A stretch of 58,422 bases of DNA from Thermoanaerobaculia bacterium. GTDB lineage: Bacteria > Acidobacteriota > Thermoanaerobaculia > JALWYX01. Every line of letters begins with the position of its first letter. The stretch's first letter is position 1. The position numbers were made by a program, and so were the translations under genes. Of the stretch, positions 1 through 9,139 are shown piece by piece. The stretch lies in contig JALWYX010000034.1 of assembly GCA_027078415.1 (NCBI GenBank), positions 1-58,422 of the forward strand. The letters run 5' to 3'. The notes below the pieces were generated by a model. That model made no database searches and was not told where the DNA came from. It saw only the letters and a list, made by a program, of their open reading frames with translations.

Positions 1-1
1 T

Positions 2-1216
2 ATCTATCTTCCAGACGGCAATGGATTAGAAATTTTTACTTTATTGAACAAGTTGAACAAAGATATACCTGTTATTGTAATAACCGCCTACGCTACAGAG
101 CCCACTAGAAAACAGGCTACTTTGTTAGGAGCTTTCGATTATTTTTCGAAACCATTTAATCTTAATGAATTACGTAAAACTATAGAAAAAGCGTTAACGT
201 CTAATGAGAAGCCTCCAATAAGTAGAGTTAGGAAAGAGGGGGTGTTAACGGATAATTTAATAGGCAAAAGTACTATAATGCAAGAGATATTTACTACTGT
301 ACAAAAAGTGGCATTAACCGATGCTACTGTTCTAATCCAAGGTGAAAGTGGAACAGGTAAAGAACTGATAGCACGAGCCATACACTTTGCTAGTAAAAGA
401 TCTAACAAACCTTTTTTAACTATAAATTGCGGTGCTATGCCTGAGCAACTTTTGGAGAGTGAACTGTTTGGATATATGCAAGGGGCATTCACAGGAGCTA
501 TAAAAAACAAAAAAGGGTTATTTGAAGAAGCAGAAGGAGGCAGTCTATTTCTTGACGAGATAGGAGAAATGCCACTAACTATGCAAGTGAAACTGTTACG
601 TGTATTACAAGAAAATACCATAAGACGAATAGGTAGCAATCGAGAAATAGAGGTAGATGTTAGAATCATTTGCGCCACAAATAAAGACTTAGAATCGATG
701 GTACACAAAGGAACTTTTCGAGAAGATCTATTCTACAGAATAAACGTAGTACCAATATATGTACCTCCATTGAGAAAGAGAAAGGAAGATATACCCTTAC
801 TTGTCAAATATTTCACTGAAAAATTTTGTGAAAGATCAAATCTCCCCATGAAAAAGTTCTCAAAATCGGCTTTGGAAAAGCTAATCAACTACGATTGGCC
901 TGGCAATGTTAGAGAACTAAAAAATATAGTAGAGAGAACTATAACGTTGTCTATTAAAGATGAGATAACTGAGTACGATATTCCACCCTTAAAATCTCCC
1001 ACACTTAGTAAGAACACCACTTTTTTTGATCTTGACAACGTAGAAATACCTCCAGAAGGTATAGAACTTGAACACACTCTAGATGAAATACGTAAAGCGT
1101 TTATGAAGAAAGCGCTAGAACTAACAGATGGAAAGCAAGTAGAAGCGGCGAAACTTCTCAAAATGCCTATAAGATCTTTCAGATATTATCTAAAAAAGTT
1201 GGGAATAAAAAATTAA
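2..1216 (+). CDS. sigma-54-dependent two-component response regulator (NtrC family), 5'-truncated by window edge
   Basis: Frame is open from base 2 (IYLPDGNGLEIF..DIPVIVITAY = distal half of a CheY-type receiver); the track start at 44 is an internal TTG. AAA+ sigma-54 activator core: Walker A GESGTGKE, GAFTGA loop, LFLDEIGE. C-terminal Fis-type HTH (QVEAAKLLKMPIRSFRYYLKK). Confidence 0.92.
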   Translation: MYLPDGNGLEIFTLLNKLNKDIPVIVITAYATEPTRKQATLLGAFDYFSKPFNLNELRKTIEKALTSNEKPPISRVRKEGVLTDNLIGKSTIMQEIFTTVQKVALTDATVLIQGESGTGKELIARAIHFASKRSNKPFLTINCGAMPEQLLESELFGYMQGAFTGAIKNKKGLFEEAEGGSLFLDEIGEMPLTMQVKLLRVLQENTIRRIGSNREIEVDVRIICATNKDLESMVHKGTFREDLFYRINVVPIYVPPLRKRKEDIPLLVKYFTEKFCERSNLPMKKFSKSALEKLINYDWPGNVRELKNIVERTITLSIKDEITEYDIPPLKSPTLSKNTTFFDLDNVEIPPEGIELEHTLDEIRKAFMKKALELTDGKQVEAAKLLKMPIRSFRYYLKKLGIKN

Positions 1217-1217
1217 A

Positions 1218-1946
1218 TTATAGATCTTTGACTGTTTTTAGAATATGACTAGTCATCTCTTTTCTATTAGAGAATTCATTTGGATATATCTCTGTACCTA
1301 GTTTAACTTTTACTATTGATGGTCTTACCTTAAATGTACCAACTGGAATAACTTTAGAACTCCCTTCGATTTTTACAGGTAAGATTGGAACGTTCAATCT
1401 AAAAGGAACTTCAAAAAAAAAGGAGTGAAAAGTAAATTTATTTTCCGGTGTCCTTGTAGCCGATGGGAAACATACCACATTTTTTCCTTTCTTCAACAGT
1501 CGTTCTACTTTGGAAAAAGCTGATACCTTATCCTGGAAGCTTTTTTTTGTTACAGTAATCATGCCCGTTCCAAGCACAAAACATCCCAAACATGGGAAAA
1601 AAGAAAGTTCCTTTTTCACAATAAATCTTACAGGCATAGGTAACGCCTTAAAGAGTATAGGAATATCCATAATTGAATGGTGAGTAGAAGCTATAAAGAT
1701 AGGTTGTGAAAATATTTTCTTTGCACTATATAGTTTTACTCTTACTCCTGCACCTTTTAAAAGAAAAGGTGCCCAAATTTTAGATGCAAACCGAAGGGGT
1801 AAATCTTCATCTTTTCTGAGTAACGACAGGGCCATACTACCATATATAAGTGTGCAACTCCACATCATAGTTATAATCGCCTGTGTTAGATTAATTTCAA
1901 ACCATAAAACCTGCTTACCCAACTCTCCGACTTTTCTATTTACCAT
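1218..1946 (-). CDS. 1-acyl-sn-glycerol-3-phosphate acyltransferase-like (PlsC/LPLAT family), divergent paralog
   Basis: 242 aa. HX4D block STHHSIMD, N-terminal TM helix, degenerate block III FPSATRT. Overlaps the upstream paralog by 11 nt. Confidence 0.75.
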   Translation of the reverse strand: MVNRKVGELGKQVLWFEINLTQAIITMMWSCTLIYGSMALSLLRKDEDLPLRFASKIWAPFLLKGAGVRVKLYSAKKIFSQPIFIASTHHSIMDIPILFKALPMPVRFIVKKELSFFPCLGCFVLGTGMITVTKKSFQDKVSAFSKVERLLKKGKNVVCFPSATRTPENKFTFHSFFFEVPFRLNVPILPVKIEGSSKVIPVGTFKVRPSIVKVKLGTEIYPNEFSNRKEMTSHILKTVKDL

Positions 1947-2730
1947 GAACCTCTTTTTCTATCATTTCTATCATCTGCTCTCTAACAAAATCTGCCAATA
2001 TTCTTCTATCTCTAAAAGTGGATCTATCTGGTAATATTGGGTTTCCTATAACAACGACCAATTTTTGAGGAATAAACATAAAACGTTTTTTATTCAACGC
2101 ATGGCCAGTGTTAAACATAACAACAGGAACTATCGGTACCTTTACATCAAGAACAGCGGCAAAAAGAGAAGAGTGAAAGGGTAACAGTGTGCCTTCTGTA
2201 GATCGTGTCCCTTCAGGAAAAAAAACTACGGAATGACCTTCTAGAAAAGCATTTATACATCTCTTTATAGCTTCTTCTGATCCACCACCGGCTTTACGGT
2301 CCACCATTATCATGCCCATCGATTCTATATAAGTAGAGAGGATAGGGATTTTTTTTAGTTCCACTTTACCAAGAAAACGCAAAGGAAAAGAAAAAATATA
2401 TATGAGCAACAAAGTATCTAGATAAGATCTATGTGTAGAAACTATAAGAACTGGAGATTTTATATCGGTAGGCGCTACTCCTTTTAATACTATTTTTAGT
2501 CCCATAATCTTGACTATTACAGGAGCCCAGATTTTATGAGCCATTTTAAGAGGCAAATACCTATCTCCTACTATCTTAGCTATTACAAGAGCTATAGTTA
2601 TAAGCCAAAACGTCCATAACCAGACAAACAAGTAAAGTATAAGGGAAAAGTATAATCTAACTACATACTCAAAGGTGCTGAGTTTACGGGGCTCGTAAGG
2701 AGGGTAGTAAAAAACAGTTCCTTTACGCAC
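1936..2730 (-). CDS. 1-acyl-sn-glycerol-3-phosphate acyltransferase (PlsC/LPLAT family)
   Basis: 264 aa. HX4D STHRSYLD, FLGKVELKK block, canonical FFPEGTRS, VPIVPV block, N-terminal TM segments. Confidence 0.82.
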   Translation of the reverse strand: MRKGTVFYYPPYEPRKLSTFEYVVRLYFSLILYLFVWLWTFWLITIALVIAKIVGDRYLPLKMAHKIWAPVIVKIMGLKIVLKGVAPTDIKSPVLIVSTHRSYLDTLLLIYIFSFPLRFLGKVELKKIPILSTYIESMGMIMVDRKAGGGSEEAIKRCINAFLEGHSVVFFPEGTRSTEGTLLPFHSSLFAAVLDVKVPIVPVVMFNTGHALNKKRFMFIPQKLVVVIGNPILPDRSTFRDRRILADFVREQMIEMIEKEVHGK

Positions 2731-2756
2731 AAATAGAATTTTAAATCAATATTTCT

Positions 2757-2762
2757 TATAAT
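2757..2762 (+). promoter_or_regulatory. candidate -10 hexamer (TATAAT) for the carboxyltransferase-AtuA operon
   Basis: Perfect TATAAT 22 nt upstream of the ATG at 2785 in the only intergenic gap. GAGGAG SD at 2773-2778. No convincing -35. Confidence 0.3.
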
Positions 2763-2784
2763 CTAAGACTCAAGAGGAGAAATT

Positions 2785-4434
2785 ATGAAGGAGATAGGCA
2801 AACAAGTAGGCAACAATTTCGAAGAGATAAGATTCTATTGGGAAGAAAAATTAAAGAAAATGGAGGAGGAAAAGACCAAAATAAGGCTTGGAGGAGGAGA
2901 AAAGGCCATAGCAAGACTTCATGGTAAAGGAAAGTTAACAGCACGAGAGAGGATAAATATACTGGTAGACGAAGGTAGCTTTCAAGAAATTGGGATTTGG
3001 GCAGGTTGGAATCTATATCCCGAGTATGGAGAAGTACCTGCAGGAGGTGTAGTAGTAGGGATAGCAGAAATAGAGGGAAAGAAAAGTGTAGTAGTGGCAA
3101 ACGATGCTACTGTGAAAGCAGGAGCATGGTTTCCAATAACATGTAAAAAAGTTCTAAGAGCCCAAGAGATTAGTGAAGAGAATAAAATACCTATAGTCTA
3201 TTTAGTAGACTCTGCAGGAGTATTTTTACCTTTGCAAGATGAAGTTTTCCCAGACAAGTACCATTTCGGAAGAGTGTTTTATAACAACGCTCGTTTATCG
3301 GCAAAAGGGATCTACCAAATCGCCGCCGTTTTAGGACCTTGTGTAGCGGGAGGGGCCTATTTACCTATAATGAGCGATGAATCTCATATAGTGGACAAAA
3401 TAGGATCTATATTCCTAGCTGGCCCGCATCTAGTAAAAGCTGCTATAGGAGAAGTAATAGATGAAGAATCGCTAGGTGGCTCTGTAGTACAATCCGATAT
3501 ATCAGGCATTATCGATTACAGACATCCAGATGAAAAAAGTTGTTTTAGAGCAATAAGAGCTAACGTTGCTTCTTTATCAAAACAAAAAATGGCACCTTTT
3601 ACTAAAAAAGACTCCAGAGATCCGAAATTCGATCCTGAGGAGTTGATAGGGATTATACCACCCGATAAAACTAAACCTTACGACATGTATCAAATACTTG
3701 CTAGAATTTTGGATGGAAGTGAACTTGTAGAGTTCAAACCTCAATACGGAAAAACAATAATATGTGGTACCGGCTGGATAGGAGGATGGCCAGTAGGAAT
3801 AGTAGCAAATCAACGGAGTATAGTCCATAAAAAAACAGGTTTAGAACGTAGAGAGAAGGAATTACAGATAGGAGGTGTAATATATTCAGACTCTGCTGAT
3901 AAAGCAGCTAGATTTATAGAAATATGTAATCAACGCAAAATACCCATAATTTTTTTCCAAGATGTAACTGGATTTATGGTAGGCTCTAGAGCCGAGAAAG
4001 GAGGAATTATAAAAGATGGTGCAAAAATGGTGAACGTTGTTGCAAATTCCACTGTACCTAAAATAACCGTAGTAGTGGGAAACTCATTTGGAGCTGGAAA
4101 TTACGCTATGTGCGGTAGAGCTTACTCACCACGTTTTCTATTTGCATGGCCTTCTGCATCTATAGCAGTTATGGGAGGAGAACAAGCGTCAAACACTCTA
4201 CTAGAGATTCAGTTAAGGAAAAGAAAAGTCTCGGAAACAGAAAGAGAGAATATATTAAATACTATAAAGAAGAAGTATGAAGCTACTATGGACCCAAGGT
4301 ATGCAGCTGCACGTTTATGGATCGATGAAATCATAGATCCTCGCAAAACACGTGACATTCTAATCAATGCTTTGGAAACAGTAGCACATAACCCGGATAT
4401 AGAGGAGTTTAAAACCGGAGTATTACAAACGTAG
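2785..4434 (+). CDS. acyl-CoA carboxylase carboxyltransferase (beta) subunit, methylcrotonyl-/geranyl-CoA carboxylase type
   Basis: 549 aa. Family blocks GKLTARERI, VVANDATVKAGAWFP, YLVDSAGVFLPLQDEVFPD, GPCVAGGAYLP, GGVIYSDSADKAARFI, AWPSASIAVMGGEQA. Confidence 0.88.
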   Translation: MKEIGKQVGNNFEEIRFYWEEKLKKMEEEKTKIRLGGGEKAIARLHGKGKLTARERINILVDEGSFQEIGIWAGWNLYPEYGEVPAGGVVVGIAEIEGKKSVVVANDATVKAGAWFPITCKKVLRAQEISEENKIPIVYLVDSAGVFLPLQDEVFPDKYHFGRVFYNNARLSAKGIYQIAAVLGPCVAGGAYLPIMSDESHIVDKIGSIFLAGPHLVKAAIGEVIDEESLGGSVVQSDISGIIDYRHPDEKSCFRAIRANVASLSKQKMAPFTKKDSRDPKFDPEELIGIIPPDKTKPYDMYQILARILDGSELVEFKPQYGKTIICGTGWIGGWPVGIVANQRSIVHKKTGLERREKELQIGGVIYSDSADKAARFIEICNQRKIPIIFFQDVTGFMVGSRAEKGGIIKDGAKMVNVVANSTVPKITVVVGNSFGAGNYAMCGRAYSPRFLFAWPSASIAVMGGEQASNTLLEIQLRKRKVSETERENILNTIKKKYEATMDPRYAAARLWIDEIIDPRKTRDILINALETVAHNPDIEEFKTGVLQT

Positions 4435-4443
4435 GAGAAAACA

Positions 4444-5805
4444 ATGAAAAAAATAAGAATTGCTAATGGGCAAGGGTTTTGGGGCGATAACGTAGACATT
4501 CCGCTTCTTATGTTGGAAGAGAAAATAGACTATATAGGTATGGATTACTTAGCAGAAGTGACACTCTCTATAATGATGCGCCAGAAATTAAAAAATCCCC
4601 GAGCAGGATATGCAAGGGATTTTTTAGATTTTATACGTAGAGGATTAGAAAAACTGGTAACCAAAAACGTAAAGGTAATAACAAACGCAGGAGGGCTCTC
4701 ACCGGAAATTCTCGCGGAAGAAATAATAGCTATAGCCAAGAGTAAGGGAATAAGAGGATTGAAGGTTGCAACCGTTACAGGTGATAACTTATACCCGCTA
4801 ATAGATGAACTTATAGAATCAGGTATATCTTTACAGAATATGGAGACAGGTGAAGAATTTGCAAAGATAAGAGACAAAATCACCAGTATAAATGCATACT
4901 TAGGAGCAAAACCTGTAGTAGAGGCATTGAAAGCAGGTGCTCAAATTGTTATAGCAGGCAGAATAACTGACACCGCTTTGGTTTCAGCTCCAGTTATTTA
5001 CGAATTCCAAGTTGATTGGCAAGACTGGGACAGAATAGCTTCTGCTACGGTAGGAGGACACATAGTAGAATGCGGAGCCCAAGCTACTGGAGGTAATTAC
5101 AGTAGATGGTGGGAAGTACCGGATATGTGGGACGTAGGGTATCCTATTTTAGAATTCTATCCAGATGGTTCTTTCATTGTAACAAAATCACCAAAAAGAG
5201 GCGGGGTAGTAAATAAATTTACAGTAGCAGAACAGTTACTTTACGAGATGGGTGATCCAACAAACTATATAACACCCGATTGTATAGCCGATTTTTCTAC
5301 CATACAGCTAAGAGAAATTGGAAAAGACAAAGTATTGGTAGAAGGCATAAAAGGTAAAGCCCGTACACAATACCTAAAAGTTGCAGCTACATATTTAAAA
5401 GGCTACAAAGCTGTAGGACAACTAGTTATCTCAGGACCTCGCGCCTTAGAAAAAGCTCAATTAGCAGCTGAAATAGTCTGGAAACGTCTGGAACGAAGCG
5501 GTTATCAAATCGCAGAAGAAGAAAAATTTGTAGAATTTTTAGGTACAGGTGCAACTTTACCTACCAAATTCCGTATTAAAGACCCACCAGAAGTTGTAGT
5601 GAGAATAGGTATAAAAAGCAGTAACAAAGAAAAAGTTGAACGTTTCGGAAAGGAGATAGCTCCTCTAGTCACCTCAGGACCACCAGGTGTAACAGGTTTC
5701 TCTGGAGGTAGACCAAAACCGCAAGAAATGGTTGCTTATTGGCCCACACTAGTACCTCGTCAAATAATAGAAGATAAAATAGAGGTTAAAATAGAGGTAA
5801 GTTGA
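4444..5805 (+). CDS. AtuA-family protein (acyclic terpene utilisation, DUF1446)
   Basis: 453 aa. N-terminal IRIANGQGFWGDN and GGHIVECGAQATGGNY blocks are as I recall them for DUF1446/AtuA. 9-nt gap after the carboxyltransferase gene. Confidence 0.75.
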   Translation: MKKIRIANGQGFWGDNVDIPLLMLEEKIDYIGMDYLAEVTLSIMMRQKLKNPRAGYARDFLDFIRRGLEKLVTKNVKVITNAGGLSPEILAEEIIAIAKSKGIRGLKVATVTGDNLYPLIDELIESGISLQNMETGEEFAKIRDKITSINAYLGAKPVVEALKAGAQIVIAGRITDTALVSAPVIYEFQVDWQDWDRIASATVGGHIVECGAQATGGNYSRWWEVPDMWDVGYPILEFYPDGSFIVTKSPKRGGVVNKFTVAEQLLYEMGDPTNYITPDCIADFSTIQLREIGKDKVLVEGIKGKARTQYLKVAATYLKGYKAVGQLVISGPRALEKAQLAAEIVWKRLERSGYQIAEEEKFVEFLGTGATLPTKFRIKDPPEVVVRIGIKSSNKEKVERFGKEIAPLVTSGPPGVTGFSGGRPKPQEMVAYWPTLVPRQIIEDKIEVKIEVS

Positions 5806-6143
5806 TGAAAAAAGTTAGGCTTTATGAGATAGCATATGCGCGATCAGGAGACAAAGGAGATTCGAGCAACGTTGGAGTAATAGCCAAAAACAAAAAAATA
5901 TATGAGTATCTAAAGCAACATTTAACTCCTGAAACGGTAAAAAAACATTTCGAAGGAATAGTGCAAGGAGAAGTGGAACGTTTCCTCCTACCTAACATAA
6001 ACGCAATAAACTTTATTCTCCACAACTCTCTAGGTGGAGGAGGTACATTAAGCCTAATAAGCGATTCGCAAGGTAAAACACATGGGCAAATAATGTTAAT
6101 GTTTGAAATAGAAATCCCAGAAGAGTTACTGAAAGATGAATAA
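5805..6143 (+). CDS. DUF4387-family protein (AtuA C-terminal-like module)
   Basis: The ATG at 5805 shares its A with the AtuA TGA (TGATG); the track start at 5802 is a TTG. About 112 aa with YEIAYARSGDKGDSSNVGVIA, typical of small proteins encoded next to DUF1446 genes. Confidence 0.7.
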   Translation: MKKVRLYEIAYARSGDKGDSSNVGVIAKNKKIYEYLKQHLTPETVKKHFEGIVQGEVERFLLPNINAINFILHNSLGGGGTLSLISDSQGKTHGQIMLMFEIEIPEELLKDE

Positions 6144-6927
6144 TAACTTTAAATATTTAGTAATAGATAGGATAGATGAACTCCTTATAATAACTTTAAA
6201 CCGACCTGAAAAAGCTAATCCTCTATCTCCAGAAGTTGTAAAGGAATTAATAGATCTTCTCAACAAGGATTTTCTCAAAGAAGGATTCCGTTCTATCGCA
6301 ATAAAAGGAGCAGGTAAACACTTTTCGGCAGGAGCAGATCTATCTCACATACAATCTATACGCTATAGCTCTTTAGTAAACAATTTATACGACTCCGATC
6401 TACTTAAAAACCTATTTTTATCTATCCTATACCATCCCCTTATAACAATATCTCTTGTACACGGAGCATGTGTGGCAGGAGGAATGGGGTTAGCTTTCGC
6501 GTGTGATTTTACTATAGCCAGTTCAAATGCAAAATTTATGCTAAGCGAAACTCGTATAGGGTTTGTACCTGCCCTAGTTTCTACATTCCTCTCTTTAAAG
6601 TTTCCAACGCCGTTACTATACCAGATGGTGCTAAATCCTTCATTTCAAGAGGCAGAACAGCTACATAAAGCAGGAGTAATCTATAAAATAGTCGACGAGG
6701 TAGATCTGCTGAAAGAGGCACAAAACCTGTCTAAGGAGATCAGTAAAAAAACATCACCTAATTCTATTTATCAAACAAAATTGTTGCTTTTACAAATAGT
6801 AGGTAAATCCTTAAGGCAGGCTTTAGAGTACGCATCTATAATAAACGCTCAAGCTCGTAAAAGTGATGAATGCATAAAAGGGATAGATCATTTCTTATCT
6901 ACCAAAAAACCTCCCACTTGGCTTTAG
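6136..6927 (+). CDS. enoyl-CoA hydratase/isomerase (crotonase) family protein
   Basis: 263 aa. ITLNRPEKANPLS, oxyanion-hole GAGKHFSAGADL, GACVAGGMGLAFACDF, SETRIGFVP. 8-nt overlap with the previous gene. Confidence 0.88.
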   Translation: MNNNFKYLVIDRIDELLIITLNRPEKANPLSPEVVKELIDLLNKDFLKEGFRSIAIKGAGKHFSAGADLSHIQSIRYSSLVNNLYDSDLLKNLFLSILYHPLITISLVHGACVAGGMGLAFACDFTIASSNAKFMLSETRIGFVPALVSTFLSLKFPTPLLYQMVLNPSFQEAEQLHKAGVIYKIVDEVDLLKEAQNLSKEISKKTSPNSIYQTKLLLLQIVGKSLRQALEYASIINAQARKSDECIKGIDHFLSTKKPPTWL

Positions 6928-6994
6928 ACATTTTTTCTTGTAAAGTAGTAGTTAATTTAAAATTCACGACTAAATTTAAGAAAGGAGATAAAAA

Positions 6995-8059
6995 ATGAGA
7001 TCCGGGACTATGCGTAACCTAATTTTTGTCTTAGCCACGATACTTCCCGCCTGTGCTAACTCAGGTGTTTCAAAGAGCACCAACACTGTTAAAGCAGAAA
7101 ATGAAGCTAAAGACCAAATTGTCGCTTCATTTGATGGCATTAAAATAACAATGTCTCAGTTGCAAAAAGAGGCACAAGATGCCTTAGAACAGCTCAAATT
7201 GCAAAAAATGCAACTTGAAGCTCAGTATCAAAAAAACGAATTTAGAATATTAGAATTTACGCTGCTAGACATGATAAACAAAAAAATAATAGAGCTAGAA
7301 GCTAAGAAAAAGGGTGTAAAACCAGAGGATATAGAAAAAGAGATCGCTGAAAATATAAAAGTAAGTGATGAAGAACTTCAAAAAACGTATGAAGAGCAGA
7401 AAACGTTAAGTGGAGGTAGAATTCCTCCTTTCGACCAGGTGAAAGACAGATTAAGGCAATGGGTAGAAACGAACAAAAGGGAGGAGTATTTCAAATCGTT
7501 AAGGGAAAAATATGGAGTGAAGATAAACTTAAAAAAGCCGATACCTAAAATCGATATAACAGGTGCTCCGTCTCTAGGCCCAGAAAATGCGCCAGTTACT
7601 ATAATAGAATTCTCCGATTTTGAGTGTCCTTTCTGTAAAAGAATGGTAGAAACTTTAAAGCAAATACATAACAATTACAAAGATAAAGTGAAGATAGTTT
7701 ACAAACATTTTCCTTTGAGTATTCACAAAAATGCTTTTATAGCTGCTGAGGCTTCTATGTGTGCGCATGAACAAGGAAAATTTTGGGAAATGCACGATAA
7801 GATGTTTGAAGACCAAGCCAACTTAAGTAAAGATGCTCTTATATCTAAAGCCGAGTCTTTAGGATTAGATTCGAACAAATTCAAACAATGTTTAGAATCT
7901 GGCAAATATAAAGAATACGTAAAAAGAGACATGATGGATGGTGCTAGAGCAGGAGTATCTGGAACTCCCGCATTTATAATAAACAACGAAACTTTTATAT
8001 CAGGTGCTGTTGGTTACGACAGACTAGCAGAAGCTATAGATCAAGCTCTGAAACAATAA
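6995..8059 (+). CDS. DsbA-like thiol:disulfide oxidoreductase lipoprotein with coiled-coil N-terminal extension
   Basis: 354 aa. Lipobox LATILPAC (Cys20), a K/E/Q-rich helical spacer, and a C-terminal thioredoxin fold with CxxC FECPFCKR. AAGGAG SD upstream. Confidence 0.8.
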   Translation: MRSGTMRNLIFVLATILPACANSGVSKSTNTVKAENEAKDQIVASFDGIKITMSQLQKEAQDALEQLKLQKMQLEAQYQKNEFRILEFTLLDMINKKIIELEAKKKGVKPEDIEKEIAENIKVSDEELQKTYEEQKTLSGGRIPPFDQVKDRLRQWVETNKREEYFKSLREKYGVKINLKKPIPKIDITGAPSLGPENAPVTIIEFSDFECPFCKRMVETLKQIHNNYKDKVKIVYKHFPLSIHKNAFIAAEASMCAHEQGKFWEMHDKMFEDQANLSKDALISKAESLGLDSNKFKQCLESGKYKEYVKRDMMDGARAGVSGTPAFIINNETFISGAVGYDRLAEAIDQALKQ

Positions 8060-8065
8060 AATATA

Positions 8066-8095
8066 GGGGGGGATCTTTCCCCCCACAAATTTTTT
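8066..8095 (+). terminator. GC-rich hairpin plus T-tract (putative intrinsic terminator after the dsbA-like gene)
   Basis: G7 (8066-8072) / loop ATCTTT / C6 (8079-8084), then ACAAA and T6 (8090-8095). The 5-nt spacer before the T-run is atypical. Confidence 0.5.
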
Positions 8096-9109
8096 ATGAA
8101 ACTAGCTACAGTAATATTGGCGGGAGGGAGAGGAACCCGGTTTTGGCCTATTAGTAGGAAAGAGAGGCCAAAACAACTTATACCTTTGATAAAAGAAAAG
8201 ACACTGTTAGAACTGACTTTATTACGGCTAAAGCCGTTGGAAGCAGAGGAGACTATAGTAATAACGACTAAAGAACTTGAACGTTTTATTTCACATTATG
8301 TAGACAAGAGCGTTAAAATAATCAGTGAGCCTGAAGGGAGAAATACTTTACCTGCCATAACTCTAGCTGCTGTAGAAGCAGAGAGCGATTATATAGCTGT
8401 TTTTCCCTCAGATCATCTTATCAAAAACGATGAACTTTTCAGAAGAGAAGTAGAAAGAGCTTTGAAATTCATCGAAAGAAGACCGGAATATATAGTAACC
8501 TTTGGTATAGAGCCAACTTATCCAGCTACTGGTTACGGGTATATTAAAGTAGCTGATGAAATATGGAATGGAGTTTTGAAAGCTTCACAATTTAAAGAAA
8601 AACCTCCACTTGAACTTGCGCGACAATACGTGGAATCAAAAAAATTTCTTTGGAATGGCGGAATATTTCTCTTTTCAAAAAACACCTTTTTTTCTATGCT
8701 TAGAGAGTTTCAACCTGAGATATATCAAAAAGTAGAAGAAAAATGCTTGCTGGCAAAATATTCAGAGCTTCCTTCAATATCTATAGATTATGGAATAGTA
8801 GAGAAAACGTCCAAAGTAGCGACTGTGCCTTTACCTAAAGAAGTAGGTTGGAGCGATTTAGGATCATGGAACTCTTTACTAGATTTTTCAAATGAAGGGT
8901 CAAACTTTGTAAAAGGTAAAGGTAAGTTATTTGCTTCGCAAAGATCGATATTATGGACAGAAGACCGTTTTGTGGTTTGTGTAGGTTTGGAAGATTTCGC
9001 TATAATAGTTACCCAAGATGCCATATTAGCGCTGAACCTTAAATTGGATCAAGAGGTGCGAAAAGTAGTTGAATACCTGGAAAAAAATGGATTTCAAGAG
9101 CTAGTTTAA
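8096..9109 (+). CDS. manC: mannose-1-phosphate guanylyltransferase (GMP domain only)
   Basis: 337 aa. ILAGGRGTRFWPISR, FPSDH, GYGYI, WNGGIF, WSDLGSW. No C-terminal cupin/PMI domain. Confidence 0.85.
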   Translation: MKLATVILAGGRGTRFWPISRKERPKQLIPLIKEKTLLELTLLRLKPLEAEETIVITTKELERFISHYVDKSVKIISEPEGRNTLPAITLAAVEAESDYIAVFPSDHLIKNDELFRREVERALKFIERRPEYIVTFGIEPTYPATGYGYIKVADEIWNGVLKASQFKEKPPLELARQYVESKKFLWNGGIFLFSKNTFFSMLREFQPEIYQKVEEKCLLAKYSELPSISIDYGIVEKTSKVATVPLPKEVGWSDLGSWNSLLDFSNEGSNFVKGKGKLFASQRSILWTEDRFVVCVGLEDFAIIVTQDAILALNLKLDQEVRKVVEYLEKNGFQELV

Positions 9110-9139
9110 AAAGTGTTCCTTGAATAAATTAACAAACTA

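Noticed and set aside
139-708. 189-aa minus-strand ORF inside the sigma-54 regulator gene
   Set aside because: It is antisense to a gene with perfect AAA+ motifs, and its Cys/Ser/Leu-rich translation has no family resemblance.
6928-6994. AATTTAA direct or near-palindromic repeats upstream of the dsbA-like gene as an operator
   Set aside because: These are short AT-only motifs in an AT-rich spacer, so chance occurrence is likely. They show no phasing or symmetry beyond 7 bp.
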